A DNA stretch of 64,000 nucleotides, from assembly GCA_010356995.1 (NCBI GenBank), contig ML996690.1, forward strand, positions 265,101 through 329,100. Direction: 5' to 3'. Under the pieces are notes generated by a model. That model saw only the letters and a program-made list of their open reading frames with translations, ran no database searches and had not been told where the DNA came from. Position 1 is the first letter of the stretch; every line of letters begins with the position of its first letter. The translations under genes and the position numbers were made by a program. Source of the DNA: Trichodelitschia bisporula. Taxonomy: Eukaryota. Of the stretch, positions 35,255 to 47,327 are shown piece by piece.

Positions 35255-36218
35255 ATGGATCCCGACCCGCACCCAGAGAAAGAGAAATACGCCTGCGCCC
35301 TCTGCCACACGCGCAAAGTCCGCTGCGACCGCAAGGCCCCGTGCGCAAACTGCGTGCGCCATGCCGCGGAGTGCGTGTACAAGGCCCCGCCGCCGCCGCG
35401 CCGGACACCACGGAAGGTGCTACGTGATACCGGGCCGAAGACCGCAGGTGCTGATAGCGGCTCTCGGAGCGGCGCCGCGTCCACGACCACGAGCCCCGCG
35501 ACGACGGCATCGCCGGACGAGGGCGGCGATGGCGAGGGCCGGTTGCTGGCGGGCATGGGCATGACGCAGTACTTCGAGAAGTGAGTTTCCCACCGAGAGG
35601 GGTAGTGTGCATAAGCTGAGCTGTGGAACAGTGGCCTATGGGGATGTCTGGACGCCGAGGTCAGTCTCGTCTTCCGTGCCGGATGGGGATCGCAGCCCGT
35701 CGTGACACGCTTCTGACCTCCAGATCAGATCACACACCGGCAATTCGCCCCCACCGACCCAACCGCCACGCCCGACGCCGACTCCTTCGGCGGGCAGCCC
35801 GGCGCGCTCGACCCAGCACATCTCCTCCTCAGCACGCCCTGCCTGCCGAACCACTCCGTCGCATCTCACTACCCCGCCCCGGCGCTGGCCCGGTCGCTCT
35901 GGGCGCACTATCTCGAATACGTGAACCCGATCTGCAAGATCATCCACGTACCGACGCTGCTCCCGGTCTTCGAGTCCAGCCTCGTGGACCCCAGCGCGGT
36001 GTCAAAGTACGACCTCGCGCTGCTGCTGTGCATGCACGTCTTCGCCGTCGCGAGTATGACGGATGAAATGTGCCTCGCGCGGACGGGGGAAGCGCGCCCG
36101 CCGCTCCTGGCGAGGATGAGATATGTGGCGCAGCAGTCGCTGATAGACGTACGCTTTCTCAAGAGCTTCAGCATCGTCTCCCTCCAAGCATTCTGCAACT
36201 TCGTCGTGCGTCCCCAGT

Positions 36219-36261
<43 letters not shown>

Positions 36262-37463
36262 TTCCCATCCCCCTATCCCCTATCCCCTTACCGACCAACT
36301 AACCCCCGCCCCAGCTCGCAATGCGCCTCCTCTACCCCGGCCACACCCTCTGGGCCCTAACCGGCCTCGCCCTCCGCACTGGCCAAAAACTCGGCCTCCA
36401 CCACAACGCCCCAACCTCCCCCCTCCGCCCCTTCGACATCGAAATGCGCCGCCGTCTCTGGCGCCAACTCCTCATCTCCGACCACCACGCCTCCGAGCTG
36501 GTCGGCATAAGCAGCGCCCCCGCCTTGCGGCCCTTTTGGTCCAGCCAGATGCCCCTAGCTTTAAACGACGCCGATTTGTACCCCGACATGCCGGCGCTGC
36601 CGCCGGCCCGCGAGGGCGCCAACGAAATGATGTTCTGCGCGCTGCGGAACGAGTTTGGGTCCTTCATGATGCGCGCCCGCAATGCACACGCCGGCGGATC
36701 CGAGGCCCTGCCGTCTCAGGGCGAAGTCGCGGAGCTGGAACACAGGCTTGAGGCGAAGTACATCCGCTATCTCGACCCGCTGGTCCCGCTGCACCTCCTC
36801 TGCTCCCTCGCCGCGCGCGCCGCCGTGTTCGGCGTCCAACTCCGCCTCCGACACCCGCGGCACTACGCCGACGGCGGCGCCTCCCTGCCAAAAAGCGAAA
36901 AAGACGCGCTGTTCGCGCTGTCCGTCAAGGTCCTGCGGTACGACGACGCGGCGTATAGCATGCCCGCGCTCGAGGGGTTTCGGTGGCATGTTAGGGCCTT
37001 TTTCCAGTGGCATGCGCTGATATACCTCCTTTCTGAACTGCGCTTGCGAACATCCGGGGGAGAGGTGGACGATGCGTGGGCGCAAGTAATCGCGTGCTTC
37101 GGGAATCATCCCGAGCTGGCGGCGGACGCGGATGATCCGCTGCACGCCGCTGTTGCGCGGCTTGCGCTGAAGGCGTGGGATGCGAGGGAAGCGGTGTTGA
37201 GGGGCGATGGGCGGGAGACCATGATCCCGTTGTTTGTGCGGAAGTGTAGGGCGCTGCATGTGGTCCGGCAATTGCCGGTGCGGAATGGGGGCGCGGAGAC
37301 GGTGGTGCCGAGTGTGGATGTGGTGCCCCCGGTGGAGGCGATGGAGGGGATTGATACCGAGTCCCCGCCGCTGGACTGGGCGGCGGTGTTGCGCGACTTT
37401 CATGTACCCGATTTTGAGAGCTGGATGGGGCCGGAGTTTAATATTAATGTAGCGTGGTCGTGA
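35255..37463 (+). CDS. Zn(II)2Cys6 transcription factor with fungal-specific TF domain (3 introns)
   Basis: ACALCHTRKVRCDRKAPCANCVRHAAEC; YLEYVNPICKIIHVPT; ALRTGQKLGLH; PFDIEMRRRLWRQL; PLALNDADL. Introns at about 35581-35631, 35660-35728 and 36206-36314. Confidence 0.95.
36220..36261. repeat. C42 homopolymer inside a TF intron
   Basis: Read directly. Confidence 0.95.
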
Positions 37464-37794
37464 GGGGCCTAGGGAGCGCAAGGGCCACGGGGGGATAGAA
37501 GGCACGAGCTCACGACGTCACGAGGTAATAGGCGCAGGCACAAACCCCACTGCGGCGAACGGCGAAAAAATGTACTTTTGATGATGAGGGGAGATGTCTA
37601 TTTATGGTATACTATGTACGAGAAAGCCGTGACGGAGTTCTTTCACAGCTCCTTGTTTTGTGCGATAACAATGCCTCAACACGCCCAATTGAACGCCGCC
37701 CGAAAGACTACCCGCTAACGTCAATCTCCACACCGCGTCTATCAAACTGAACCGATGATGCATGAAACAACTGCGTGATATACCAAATGCACTC

Positions 37795-39727
37795 CTAATC
37801 GCGTTGCAGGTACCGCGCCAGTCGTCCCAGGCGTCCAGCCCCAGCGGGCCGTTTCCCAGCAGGCCGCGCCTTCTTCGCCTTCTTCGCTGGCGCGGGGGCC
37901 GCTCGTACGGGCGTCACCCGCGCCGCCGCAACCGCCGCCTTAGTCGGGGGATTAATCAGCGCCCCCCACTCCTCCGGCGGGAAATCCGTATTGCACTGCG
38001 AAGTATCGTACAAGTCATCCGTGAGCCCGGCACAGTTCCCGGAAGTCGGTATATTCTGCGCCTTGCACAAATCAAGCGACTCGGGTGAAATAGTTACTGT
38101 CTTTTGCAAGATATCCGGCGCCTCGATGATCGTCGCCATCATCCCCGCCACGCTGTGGAACTCCATGTGGCAGTGGAACATCCAGACCCCTGGATTGTTG
38201 GCGCGGAAACGGATTACGAGATGGCCGTTTGCGGGGGTGGTGACTGTGTCGCGGCGCATGGGGACGGGGGGGAAGACGTGTGCGGCGGCTTTGTTCCATT
38301 TCCCTGGCCCACGGGCGATGGTTTGGAATTGGTAGCCGTGCAGGTGCATCGGGTGGACGACGTCGTCCATGTTTTCGACGACGATTTGCACGATGCTGCC
38401 TTGCTTTACGATGTGTGGGTTGATGCCGGTCCCGTAGACGGCGGGGTTCCACGCCTCCTCGCCGGTGGAAAGCGCGATGAAGAGGGCTGGGATTTTGGGC
38501 GTCACGTAGGCGTGTTCCCCGAGGCGAATTCTGATGATGTTAGTGGGTGTTGGGTAGATGGAGGGGTAGATGGGGGGAATTCATTGGTGTACCTCCGGTG
38601 CCGCTTCCCAAAGTATGACACTGGCATGTCAATCTGCACGTCGGGCGGCCCGTACAGCGCGGCCTGGTCCTGCGGGAGGATCTGCATGTCGTCGAGGATG
38701 AGTGCCCTGCTGACCGTGTGCCCCGCTACGCGGAGCGAGCCCTTCACCACGCCGTACGAGATAACGCTGGTGGTCTGCAGGTTCACGTCCGGCATGTAGG
38801 AGACGAGAGCATAGTTCTTCGTTGGCTTCGCCTTGCCGATGACGATGACCTCGTAGCGCTGGCCAGGGTGTATTTCAATGGCTTTTGCTTTGGTGGGCTG
38901 CGTGGGCACGCCGTCGGTGTTGACCACGTACATGTCGTGATCCTCTGGAGATCGTTAGTGTGTCTTCGCCCCCATCCTGAGTTGGAGAAACGGACCGAAG
39001 GAGATGACGTGCGGAAAGACAGCCGCCATGCTGACCATTCTGAACAGATACCGTTTGTTCGGCTCGAGTTGAAAGTTCAGTGACGTGGTATCGTTTATCA
39101 GTGTCGACGGCGGGGCGGGCATCCTATTCTTGCTCAGACCGTTGCGGAAGTTGCCTGACCCGTCAAAGTAGTCGTGCAAGATATACGGCGACTCGTCGTG
39201 GAACCTGTGCCATGAGTTTGCATCCCCCTTTCGCCAACGAGCCGAGAAACACACCAGTCAGAAACCGAAAAGAAGTACTCTTTGTCGTACTGAAGCTCCT
39301 GATCTCGTTTGCGGTCTCGGACAATCATCGGTGCCCGCAGTCCATCCGGGTACTGACCCTTGTCGTGGCTGTGGTACCAGAAGATGCCCGCCGGAAATGC
39401 CTTGAAGGTGTGAGAGTAGCTTTGACCGGGCTGGATCGGACACTGGCATGTCATCGGCACGCCGTCCATGGCGTTGGAATCGAGCTGTATCATGCCGTGA
39501 TAGTGCAAGCTCGTTGTCTCGTTCCCGAGGTCGTTCTTGATATTGACGGTAACAGTGTCCCCGAGGTCCACCTCCATGGCGGGCGGAGGCCACTGGCCAT
39601 TGACGCCAATGACGGGACGCATGAAGCCATCGGGAGCAGCATTCACCCACCCAATGCTCATGTCATACACCACAGTCTTTGCAAAACAACTCGCGAGGAA
39701 GAATTGGAGCAGAAAAAGGGACAACAT
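37795..39727 (-). CDS. Secreted multicopper oxidase (Fet3/Abr1-like, AA1), 3 introns
   Basis: Signal peptide MLSLFLLQFFLASCFA; all four Cu-binding motifs: LHYHG, FWYHSH, HPMHLHG, WMFHCHMEFHSVAGM. Confidence 0.93.
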
Positions 39728-40894
39728 GGCGACCGGGGCGAAGCGTGCAAAGATATGAACGATTAAACGAAATGAGATGAGATAAAGGGGCTGATCAATT
39801 AGAGACTAGGCCGGCATGGTGAGCTATTGAGCAAGTCGTCAGAACTGTGGTGAGCAAGGAAATATGTAGAGCCAAATCCGCATTTTCCATCATGACTACG
39901 CCTTCGCCACCCGGCTCAAAAGGACCGACATGTGCTTCAAGTACGGACATCGGGCCTGAGGGGCCGATGAGGGGCCGCGGCCTCCAAGACTGTCTCTCGT
40001 TGAGGATGGGAATGAGCAGCTGGAACGGGCAGCAAGTCCAGCCAACGTCTAGACACTAGTGGAGCAGGGCACAGGTTTGGAAGGAAAGCACTGGGATCTG
40101 AAGCCAAAGCAATGAGAGAAAGGTGGGGGCGAGGACATGGGAAAGGTGAAAAGTAAGAAGCTAGTGACGAATCTCACCCGATTCAAGAGCATGCATTGTT
40201 ACACTCCGAGAACAGATTTCCCCACATCTATCGGTCTTTCGATCTCGGAATGTTGATGACATCGGCCATCTCTAGGGCCGACGCGCGGAGCGCTTTGGGG
40301 GGAGGGGAAAGTCGGCATGCCTGAAAGGCCTTACGCCGACGCAAGCACTTCTCCATATGCGAAGGCGGAAAGACAGGAGTTGTTGGTGCGATTGGGGGAA
40401 AAGCGGAACAAGCACTACGGGGTGGTGACAATGATATATGGACCGAATCATTCGGAGGCACGATATTACGGTATGATCTGAGGGGAACCGAGCGGGCTTT
40501 CTACGAGAGAATTAGCGCAGCTGTACAATGGCAGAGGAGATGGAGTTGGAGATGGAGTCGGTCATGAGGTGGTTCACGGTCCAGACCTGGGGCACAGTAA
40601 CGTGACATGACGTCCTGTATCACCATTGGACAATTCCCAAGGCGACGCGCACCACTTCAACCACTCTCTTCCTCCACCACCTCCACCTCCATTACCTTTC
40701 TGCCCATCCAATCCCCACCTGATGTCCATCTCTCTACTATCTTCACATGAAAGATCCAAGCTCTGCCTTGTGGAACTGTGTTGAGCACCGACGATGAGCG
40801 GTGGAGATGATAAAGTTCTCAAGCTATTGGACTGATACCATCTACGGAGTACGTACAATGTGCCCCTTTCATCATTCCCCGACTAGAACTAATT

Positions 40895-42072
40895 CTAATT
40901 GCTCTTCGAGTCGTCTTGCTGCTGCTCCTGCTGCAAGAGAGTTCGGTCACCGGTCATGTACCCAGTAAGACTGCCAATCAGGAAGCCACCGAGGGTACCC
41001 AGGGGACCATCCACTTTGCTGTCAACCGTTTCCTCCTGGATGAGTTCGTCCGTCTTTTTGTCCGTCCTCGTATTCTCGCTGTTGACCATCTGATTGGTGG
41101 AACCTGCTGTGGTGATCGGGAGCTCCTGATGCTTTACTCCGCCTGGAGTCCTGTGGCGAATGGTACCGGTTATGTTCAGTGGAAAGTTGCGGGAGGTGCT
41201 CATTGCTTGGTCCGCGGGGTTGGAATAAGCACGCGGTGGCGTACGCAAGCCCGACCTTTCCTCCTTTGCAGACTTTGGGTCCGGAACCACGTTGTCGCTG
41301 CTACCATCCATGACGAGGAAGGTCACCAAGCTGCCGAGTACAAAGGCGAGGACTGCCCCGGCGATTGCAAATCCGAGAAGGATGTTCTCCTTTACGGTGC
41401 CCTTTTTCGCTTTTTGTTCTTGAAGATTGATGGTCGAGGAATTGCTCTCAGACGGCACGCTCGAAGTGCCGATGGCCGGACCAACGGTGCTTGTGACTGG
41501 GGACGGCGCCTCTATCGAAGTCGCTGTCGCCGATCCAACGAGAGTCACGACTGCCGACGAAGAGACACTCGATGTGAGAAAGGCTGAGCCTACGACGGGC
41601 TGGATAGAAGTCGAAGACACGCTCGAGTTGACAATCCCTGAGCCTCCGAGAGTATCGATGGAAGACGGCGACGCAATCGAAGCGACAACGGTCGAGCGGA
41701 TGGACGTCCCAATTGAAGATTGTGCTGCCGTCGGAGTAACCCAGACCGTGTTCGTGCTCGCATTCGTCGCGTAGATGGTGACGATCTCAGTCACTGTGTG
41801 GACACGACGCTCCCTAGTCAATGTCTTACGGACATGGTCAGCTACGGCCTATGACTAGTACCACGCGGGAAGCAGACCTTCTCGGCAATCACAGACGCGC
41901 CTGCAACGTTGAAATTTCCCCAGATTGTGGTGATCGGCAGAATCCTTGAACTGAGCCTGGATACAGAGGTGTGCGGCTCCGCCGCACCGGTAGAGATTGT
42001 CGTGCTCGTGGAGGTTGAAATCAAGCCGGTGACGGTGGCGGTGACGCGAACGAGGGTGAGGAATCCCACCAT
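40895..42072 (-). CDS. Ser/Thr-rich single-pass membrane protein (1 intron ~41877-41826)
   Basis: MVGFLTLVRVTATV... spliced to the 308-aa ORF; S/T-rich stalk; TM ILLGFAIAGAVLAFVLGSLVTFLV. Confidence 0.65.
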
Positions 42073-42173
42073 ATTTTTTGATGTTGTCGATGAAAAGGTT
42101 TCGAGGAAGCGGTGGTGAGGGTGTAGAGGCAGCAGCAAATGTTTGCGCTGTCAACTAGGAGTCTGGGACACCA

Positions 42174-42260
42174 TTGATGCTCCGCGATTTATACTTGGCG
42201 ATTTATACTCAGCGTTTTATGCTCGGCGTTTTATACTCGGCGATCGATGCTCGGCGTTGA
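42174..42260. repeat. 14-bp minisatellite (GCG(A/T)TTTAT(A/G)CTCG consensus) x~6
   Basis: Read directly. Confidence 0.85.
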
Positions 42261-42448
42261 CATTGTCAAGTGTACATTTTGTCTCGGCGACTTCAACCAT
42301 GTGACATTGGGTTCGAAGTGAGTTCAGACTTGAACTCCCCCCTCTCTGCAAATCTCTATCTAAAGCGTTATTCCCCTACAGCATCCAAGCGGTCAGTTCA
42401 CTCCCAAACCCCCTCCACCAAACCGCCAAACCTCTCACCGCAGACCAA

Positions 42449-43076
42449 CTAACCCCGCTCCAAAGCCTTCCTCGCCCTCTCCCAATCCCCCCTCCCCATC
42501 TCCGTCCTAATACTCAACCTTCTTCCCAACGTCGGATTCTCCCACTCCAACCTCTCCACCTCCACAAACCCCATCCTCGTCAATATCTTCAAACTCGCCG
42601 GATTCCCACTATCCACCCACGCCGTCCACTTCCCCTCCTCCTCCCCTTCCACTGGCTCCCTCCCAAACCACCACTTGAAAAAAGCGTCCACGGCTTCGGT
42701 TGCGTACCCCTTGCCCCACATACCGGGCGCGAGCATGTACCCGAGCTCGAGCGCGCGCGGCGCGCCTAGCGTGCCGACGAATGCGCCGCCGCGCGACTCT
42801 TCGATTACGTACAGCGGTGCCGTGAACTCATTGGCCCTGTGGTACGCGATCATTTCATCGGCCTGAGCGGGCGAGGTCCACACGCCGGCGAGACTGGGGC
42901 GTTAGCGGAGAGCATTGAGGGAAGGGGAGTGCTTACGTCCATTGGTACACGGATCTGATCCCGCGCAGCTCATACAGCGCCGCGCTGTCCGCTGGCGTTA
43001 TTGGTCGGAGGGTGAGGCGCGCGGTGGGGAGGATGGGGAGGGTGGAAACGAAAGGGGTGGCAGATTCGGTAGCCAT
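42449..43076 (-). CDS. GNAT N-acetyltransferase (RimJ/RimL-like), 1 intron ~42936-42894
   Basis: LPTARLTLRP, ELGYML...WGKGYATEAV, NPASLKILTRMGF. Confidence 0.92.
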
Positions 43077-43267
43077 TGTGGATTTGGGATTGAAGATGGG
43101 GTTTGGAATTGGATTGGGAGTTGGGGTTGAACTGAGGCGGGAGTTGAGGTCGAGTTATATGTCGGATGTCATGTCGGGTGTAGGGCGCAGTCAGGTTAGG
43201 CGCTTTTGCTTGTTCGGCTAGTCTGCAGTGCGGCCCGGGCCGGGGGGTGATGAGGCTGGGTCGGGCC

Positions 43268-43294
43268 GGGGGGGGGGGGGGGGGGGGGGGGGGG
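43268..43294. repeat. G27 homopolymer
   Basis: Read directly. Confidence 0.95.
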
Positions 43295-43299
43295 CACGT

Positions 43300-45403
43300 G
43301 ATGCCGGCGGATGATGGATGCGAGAAGAATTGGGACGAGGTAAGAAGTTCCTGTCCGTTGATGAGCTGCTCTGACTTGATGAATTTAGGGCTGCTCCGAA
43401 GCCGAATGTCCAGGTGGAATCGATCTGGGCAATACCCGTTGCTGACCTATGCAGCCGTGTACTCAGAGCGTCACCGGTTGAAGACGTGCCTGACGATACC
43501 TGTTTGGATGATGCTCGATGGGACCTCAGTGCGCAGCACACTCCTTCCTTACTGCTGCGTGGTACAGCTGTGCTCAAGCTCTGCTCGTCGTTGCCTGTTC
43601 CGCTATTGACCCGCTCGGTGTATCTGGCGCTGCTAGAGCACCTATCGGACATCTCCTGGTCAAACTGGTCAACAGTAGAGTCGTCAAAAGCGAGTAGAGC
43701 CTGGGTATACCTGTAACACTCACCGGTCAAGAGGCCGGTGCACACCGAAATCCCAAAGGACGTCACCTAAACAGCTATCGTCGGGCGATACGTCCTCTAT
43801 ATCGACGACGGCGCTCCGAGCAGCACGTGTGGATATGGTAACGGGTTATGAGCCCCGCTGTCGCCACAAGGCCCAAGTTCCGCTTCAAGCACATGCGGGC
43901 CGGGCTTATGATCTTGTGATGGCGGTTTTAAACAATTTTTTCCTTTGTGCCTGTCGCGGGAGAATGTCGGGACCTCTCCAAATGGGGGAGGAGCTCCTGC
44001 TAGGAACCGGGGGCCTGGGGTGCTCTTGTCTCACGGCAGATGCCTGGGGAGAGGCTCTGACTCTTCCTCTCCTCTTCTTCTCCTCCGAAAATCAATCTCT
44101 GATACTCTTTGCACTTAAGTACGGGTTCGTGACAGGGCCCACCGTCGTTGGACCTGCCGGCCTGGATCCCGCTTTGCGTTCCGTGGTCTTTATAGTTGAG
44201 TTTCGGAATCTGTGCGACTGCGACGGCCGGGGCGGAATGGCTTCTGATAGGCGTCTTCGGGGACGAATTTGGTGTTCTGCTGTGATTCTGGCTTAGAACC
44301 TGGCAGAGACAGATACAGACTCCTTGCTGACCCGATGTTCTAGTTTCATGTGTTTCTTGAGCGAGGCGACGGGCTGCAATAGAGCTGTGAGCCGTGTCTT
44401 ACTCGGCAAGGGCCAGCGAGTGCTGGAAGGGAGTGCGTACTATTCCTTTATCAAAGCGTTCATTGTGTTACTCGGCCTGGCTCCATGGCTTCCAGACTCC
44501 CTCGCAATGATGCGGAAGTGGGGAGAGCGTTGACGCCCCGAAGCAGCACGGTAGGTACTCTATGCTTTTCCCCTGACCTCTGTTGGCTGAAGGCTGAGAT
44601 CCGGGTAGCTGAATAACGTCGGGACTTGAATGGTTAGTTCGTCGGTCTTTGGTCACACACCCACCTTCCTGCCTGCTGAGACCTTCGTGCTGGGCGCAGA
44701 ACTCAAGCGACCGCCGCGGAACCCGCTGCTGTCCGTCCCGACGGCGGTCCTTCATCGCTAGGTTGCTGTACAGGTTGATGTCTGCAGACAAAGAATTGTG
44801 TCTCGGGATCTCCAGTATCTCATTCTGACGTCCGCCGAGGGCGAAAAATTTACTAAGCCGTCGAATTGAGCGCCCATAGACGGCCCCTGCTTCCACTGCG
44901 GCTCGAATCAGTACCAAGGTCTGCCGCTTTCCGAAGATTCCTTCCTATTTTGGACAATGTTGCTACCGACTTTAGTCCTCAGCTCTGGACTCTTTCCCTA
45001 AAATTCTAGCAATTAAGAGATTGACAAATACTGAAACGGATCGCAGCTGCTTCGCAATACACTAGGCCAGCCTTGCAGCTCTCCCCGCCGCAAGGCTGTG
45101 CGCCAAGGAAGCTTACAAATGGTCCATCAATCTCGGCCATTGCCGAAACGGGAGTTGCATCGTCGAAGCGGAGATCACACCGTCCGGTGACTGTAAACGG
45201 TCTGGATCTTTTCTGATCGTGAAGGTTCTCATCCTGAGCCATCTGCTGCAGCCGATGAGCCATACTGACAGGTGCGCTGCTCCGGGATGCGCAGTTCGCC
45301 CACCATCTCTTGCGGCCCTACGATTTGACGGAGATACTTCCCAATTGAACGAATCACGACTATATGCTAATATATATCCTCCGTATAACTGATAAAGGGC
45401 CAT
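43300..45403 (-). pseudogene. Possible decayed gene of unknown family
   Basis: Protein-like minus-strand segments, a GTAAGC..TAG intron at about 45112-45063, and in-frame TAA/TAG stops (CIAKQLRSVSVFVNLLIARILGKESRAED*SR*QHCPK*EGIFGKRQTLVLIRAAVEAG). Confidence 0.3.
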
Positions 45404-45982
45404 GGATCAACCGCTTGCACTCGTGGTTCGGGGAAATGTTGCTTGCGCATCCAGAAACAGCAGCGTTTCATGCATCTCACAAAACATCGACGTTTCGCAG
45501 CACTGAACTCGAATAGCATCTATCGTCCATGATATGTGTCTAAGTTTGGCGCACCGGGGACGCGTATCGGCGTGGCACAGATCGCCGCGATTCGCAATGC
45601 TTCGCCGTCGCAAACTCTATCGGCGGCCGGGGCCTGTAAATAGATTGCCTGCCCGGCGCCAGCAACGGCCGACTTTACTATCAACCCTAAACCCACCCAC
45701 ACCCGCCCTTTGTTTCGCCCCTCCCGCACCCCATCCTCGCACCCACGCGCAGCTCCATCTAGCCCAAAGCCCGTGGCTAATCTACTCAAGGACGTCATTA
45801 GCATGGCCTCTTAATTGTCAGGTATATGACGCTTAGCAATGCCGTCCATCCAGAACGGTCCTGCGCCCACGGCGCCTAGTATATATACCCTCGCGGCCGC
45901 GCCCTCCAACTGGGCACCCGGCATCACTCCTTCACCCACGAAACAAAACACCACGCTCTTTTTCAACCACCAAACCAGCACA

Positions 45983-46466
45983 ATGCGCGTTTCTGTCCTC
46001 CTCGCCGCCGTCTCCATGGCGTTCGGGTGCGCTCCCCTCCACTCCCCAACGGTCTAGCTAACATCACAGTTCTGCCCTCGCCACCGAAAGTATCGACGGC
46101 AAGCCCTTCAAGTTCGGCGTCAACCAAGGCAGCCTGCCGACGCAGTACCTGACCGCCTCGGGCATGGGTAGCTCCGACATCAGCAAGGGCGTCACCTGCA
46201 CGATCACCGCGGGCGCGCTCAAGTGCGGCGACCTCGGCATCTCGACCTCTGTCCCCGGCGACATGACGGCGGTCAAGTTGGTCAAGGGCCTTGCGACCAC
46301 GGGGTGGAGTTTGAACAATGACGTCATTACTGTCGGCACCGGCAGCCGCAAGTACACGTTCAGCCTGCGCACAAACCAGCCTAATACGGCGATTTGGATT
46401 GAGAATTGCCCGCATGGCCATTTCCAGCCGCATGGGGTTGCGAAGGCGTATTTTGTGGAGGCTTAG
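45983..46466 (+). CDS. Small secreted protein (~146 aa), 1 intron ~46027-46069
   Basis: Signal peptide MRVSVLLAAVSMAFG|SALA; GTGCGC..GCTAAC..CAG intron; TATATA at about 45880; Kozak-like CACAATG. Confidence 0.85.
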
Positions 46467-46860
46467 GGGGTGGGATGTTGGTTCTTTGTGTATAGATGTT
46501 GTGTTTGGTTAGGAATTTTACTATTGCGTTTATGTCGGCCGACTACTGTTGGGCTTTGTGTTGAGGTGCTGGGTGACTGTCGTGTCCGTTTAAGAGTATG
46601 GTAGACATACACTATGATGGCTTTGACTTTAGTGTAGTACTAGACGTTACGGCATCATGTTTTCTCTTGCCAATATCACACCCCCAGCGCTGAAGCAATC
46701 AAGCTATCGGAGTTCCAATTGATGAAGATGTAAAGTGGGAGCCTTATTATGTCAGGAAGAAGCATGATACTTTTAGGAAGGAACATGATGTAATGTGCGC
46801 GTGATGGAAGGCAGGAGCATAGGAGGATAGTCGACATCGTGTATTCAATCTTGAGAGTCT

Positions 46861-46908
46861 CTTCCTCTCTTCCTCTCTTCCTCTCTTCCTCTCTTCCTCT
46901 CTTCCTCT
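46861..46908. repeat. (CTTCCTCT)6 octanucleotide repeat
   Basis: Read directly. Confidence 0.95.
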
Positions 46909-47327
46909 TTAGTTCGAACTTCAGGTTTCACAGTCGCCTTTGCAATGTTGGAGCTTTCGCTCCCATCACTAGTTCTACAATCTAGGGCCCCTCGAGGGGG
47001 TATTCGCCACAGTCGAGCCCGGAGGCCACTGGCGGAAAGAAGAGCTCATTACTAGTTCGACCCTATGAGAGAGATCCTCCGCGAGCAACATTGGAAACGA
47101 GACCAGCTCACTTCACGTTGGCATGAATAAGAACAAATCATTGGGTATCTAGGGTATCTAGGGTACAAGAACTCAAACACCGCCCCCCCAACTCCACGCT
47201 GAAAACAAACCCGGGTATCATAACCTTCAGACCGAAACGCCATGCTAAAGCAAACGGGGCATCGCAAAACCAGCCGCTCCAGACGCCACACTGATGCTCT
47301 TCCCAAGCGCACAACCAGTCGGTCCAA

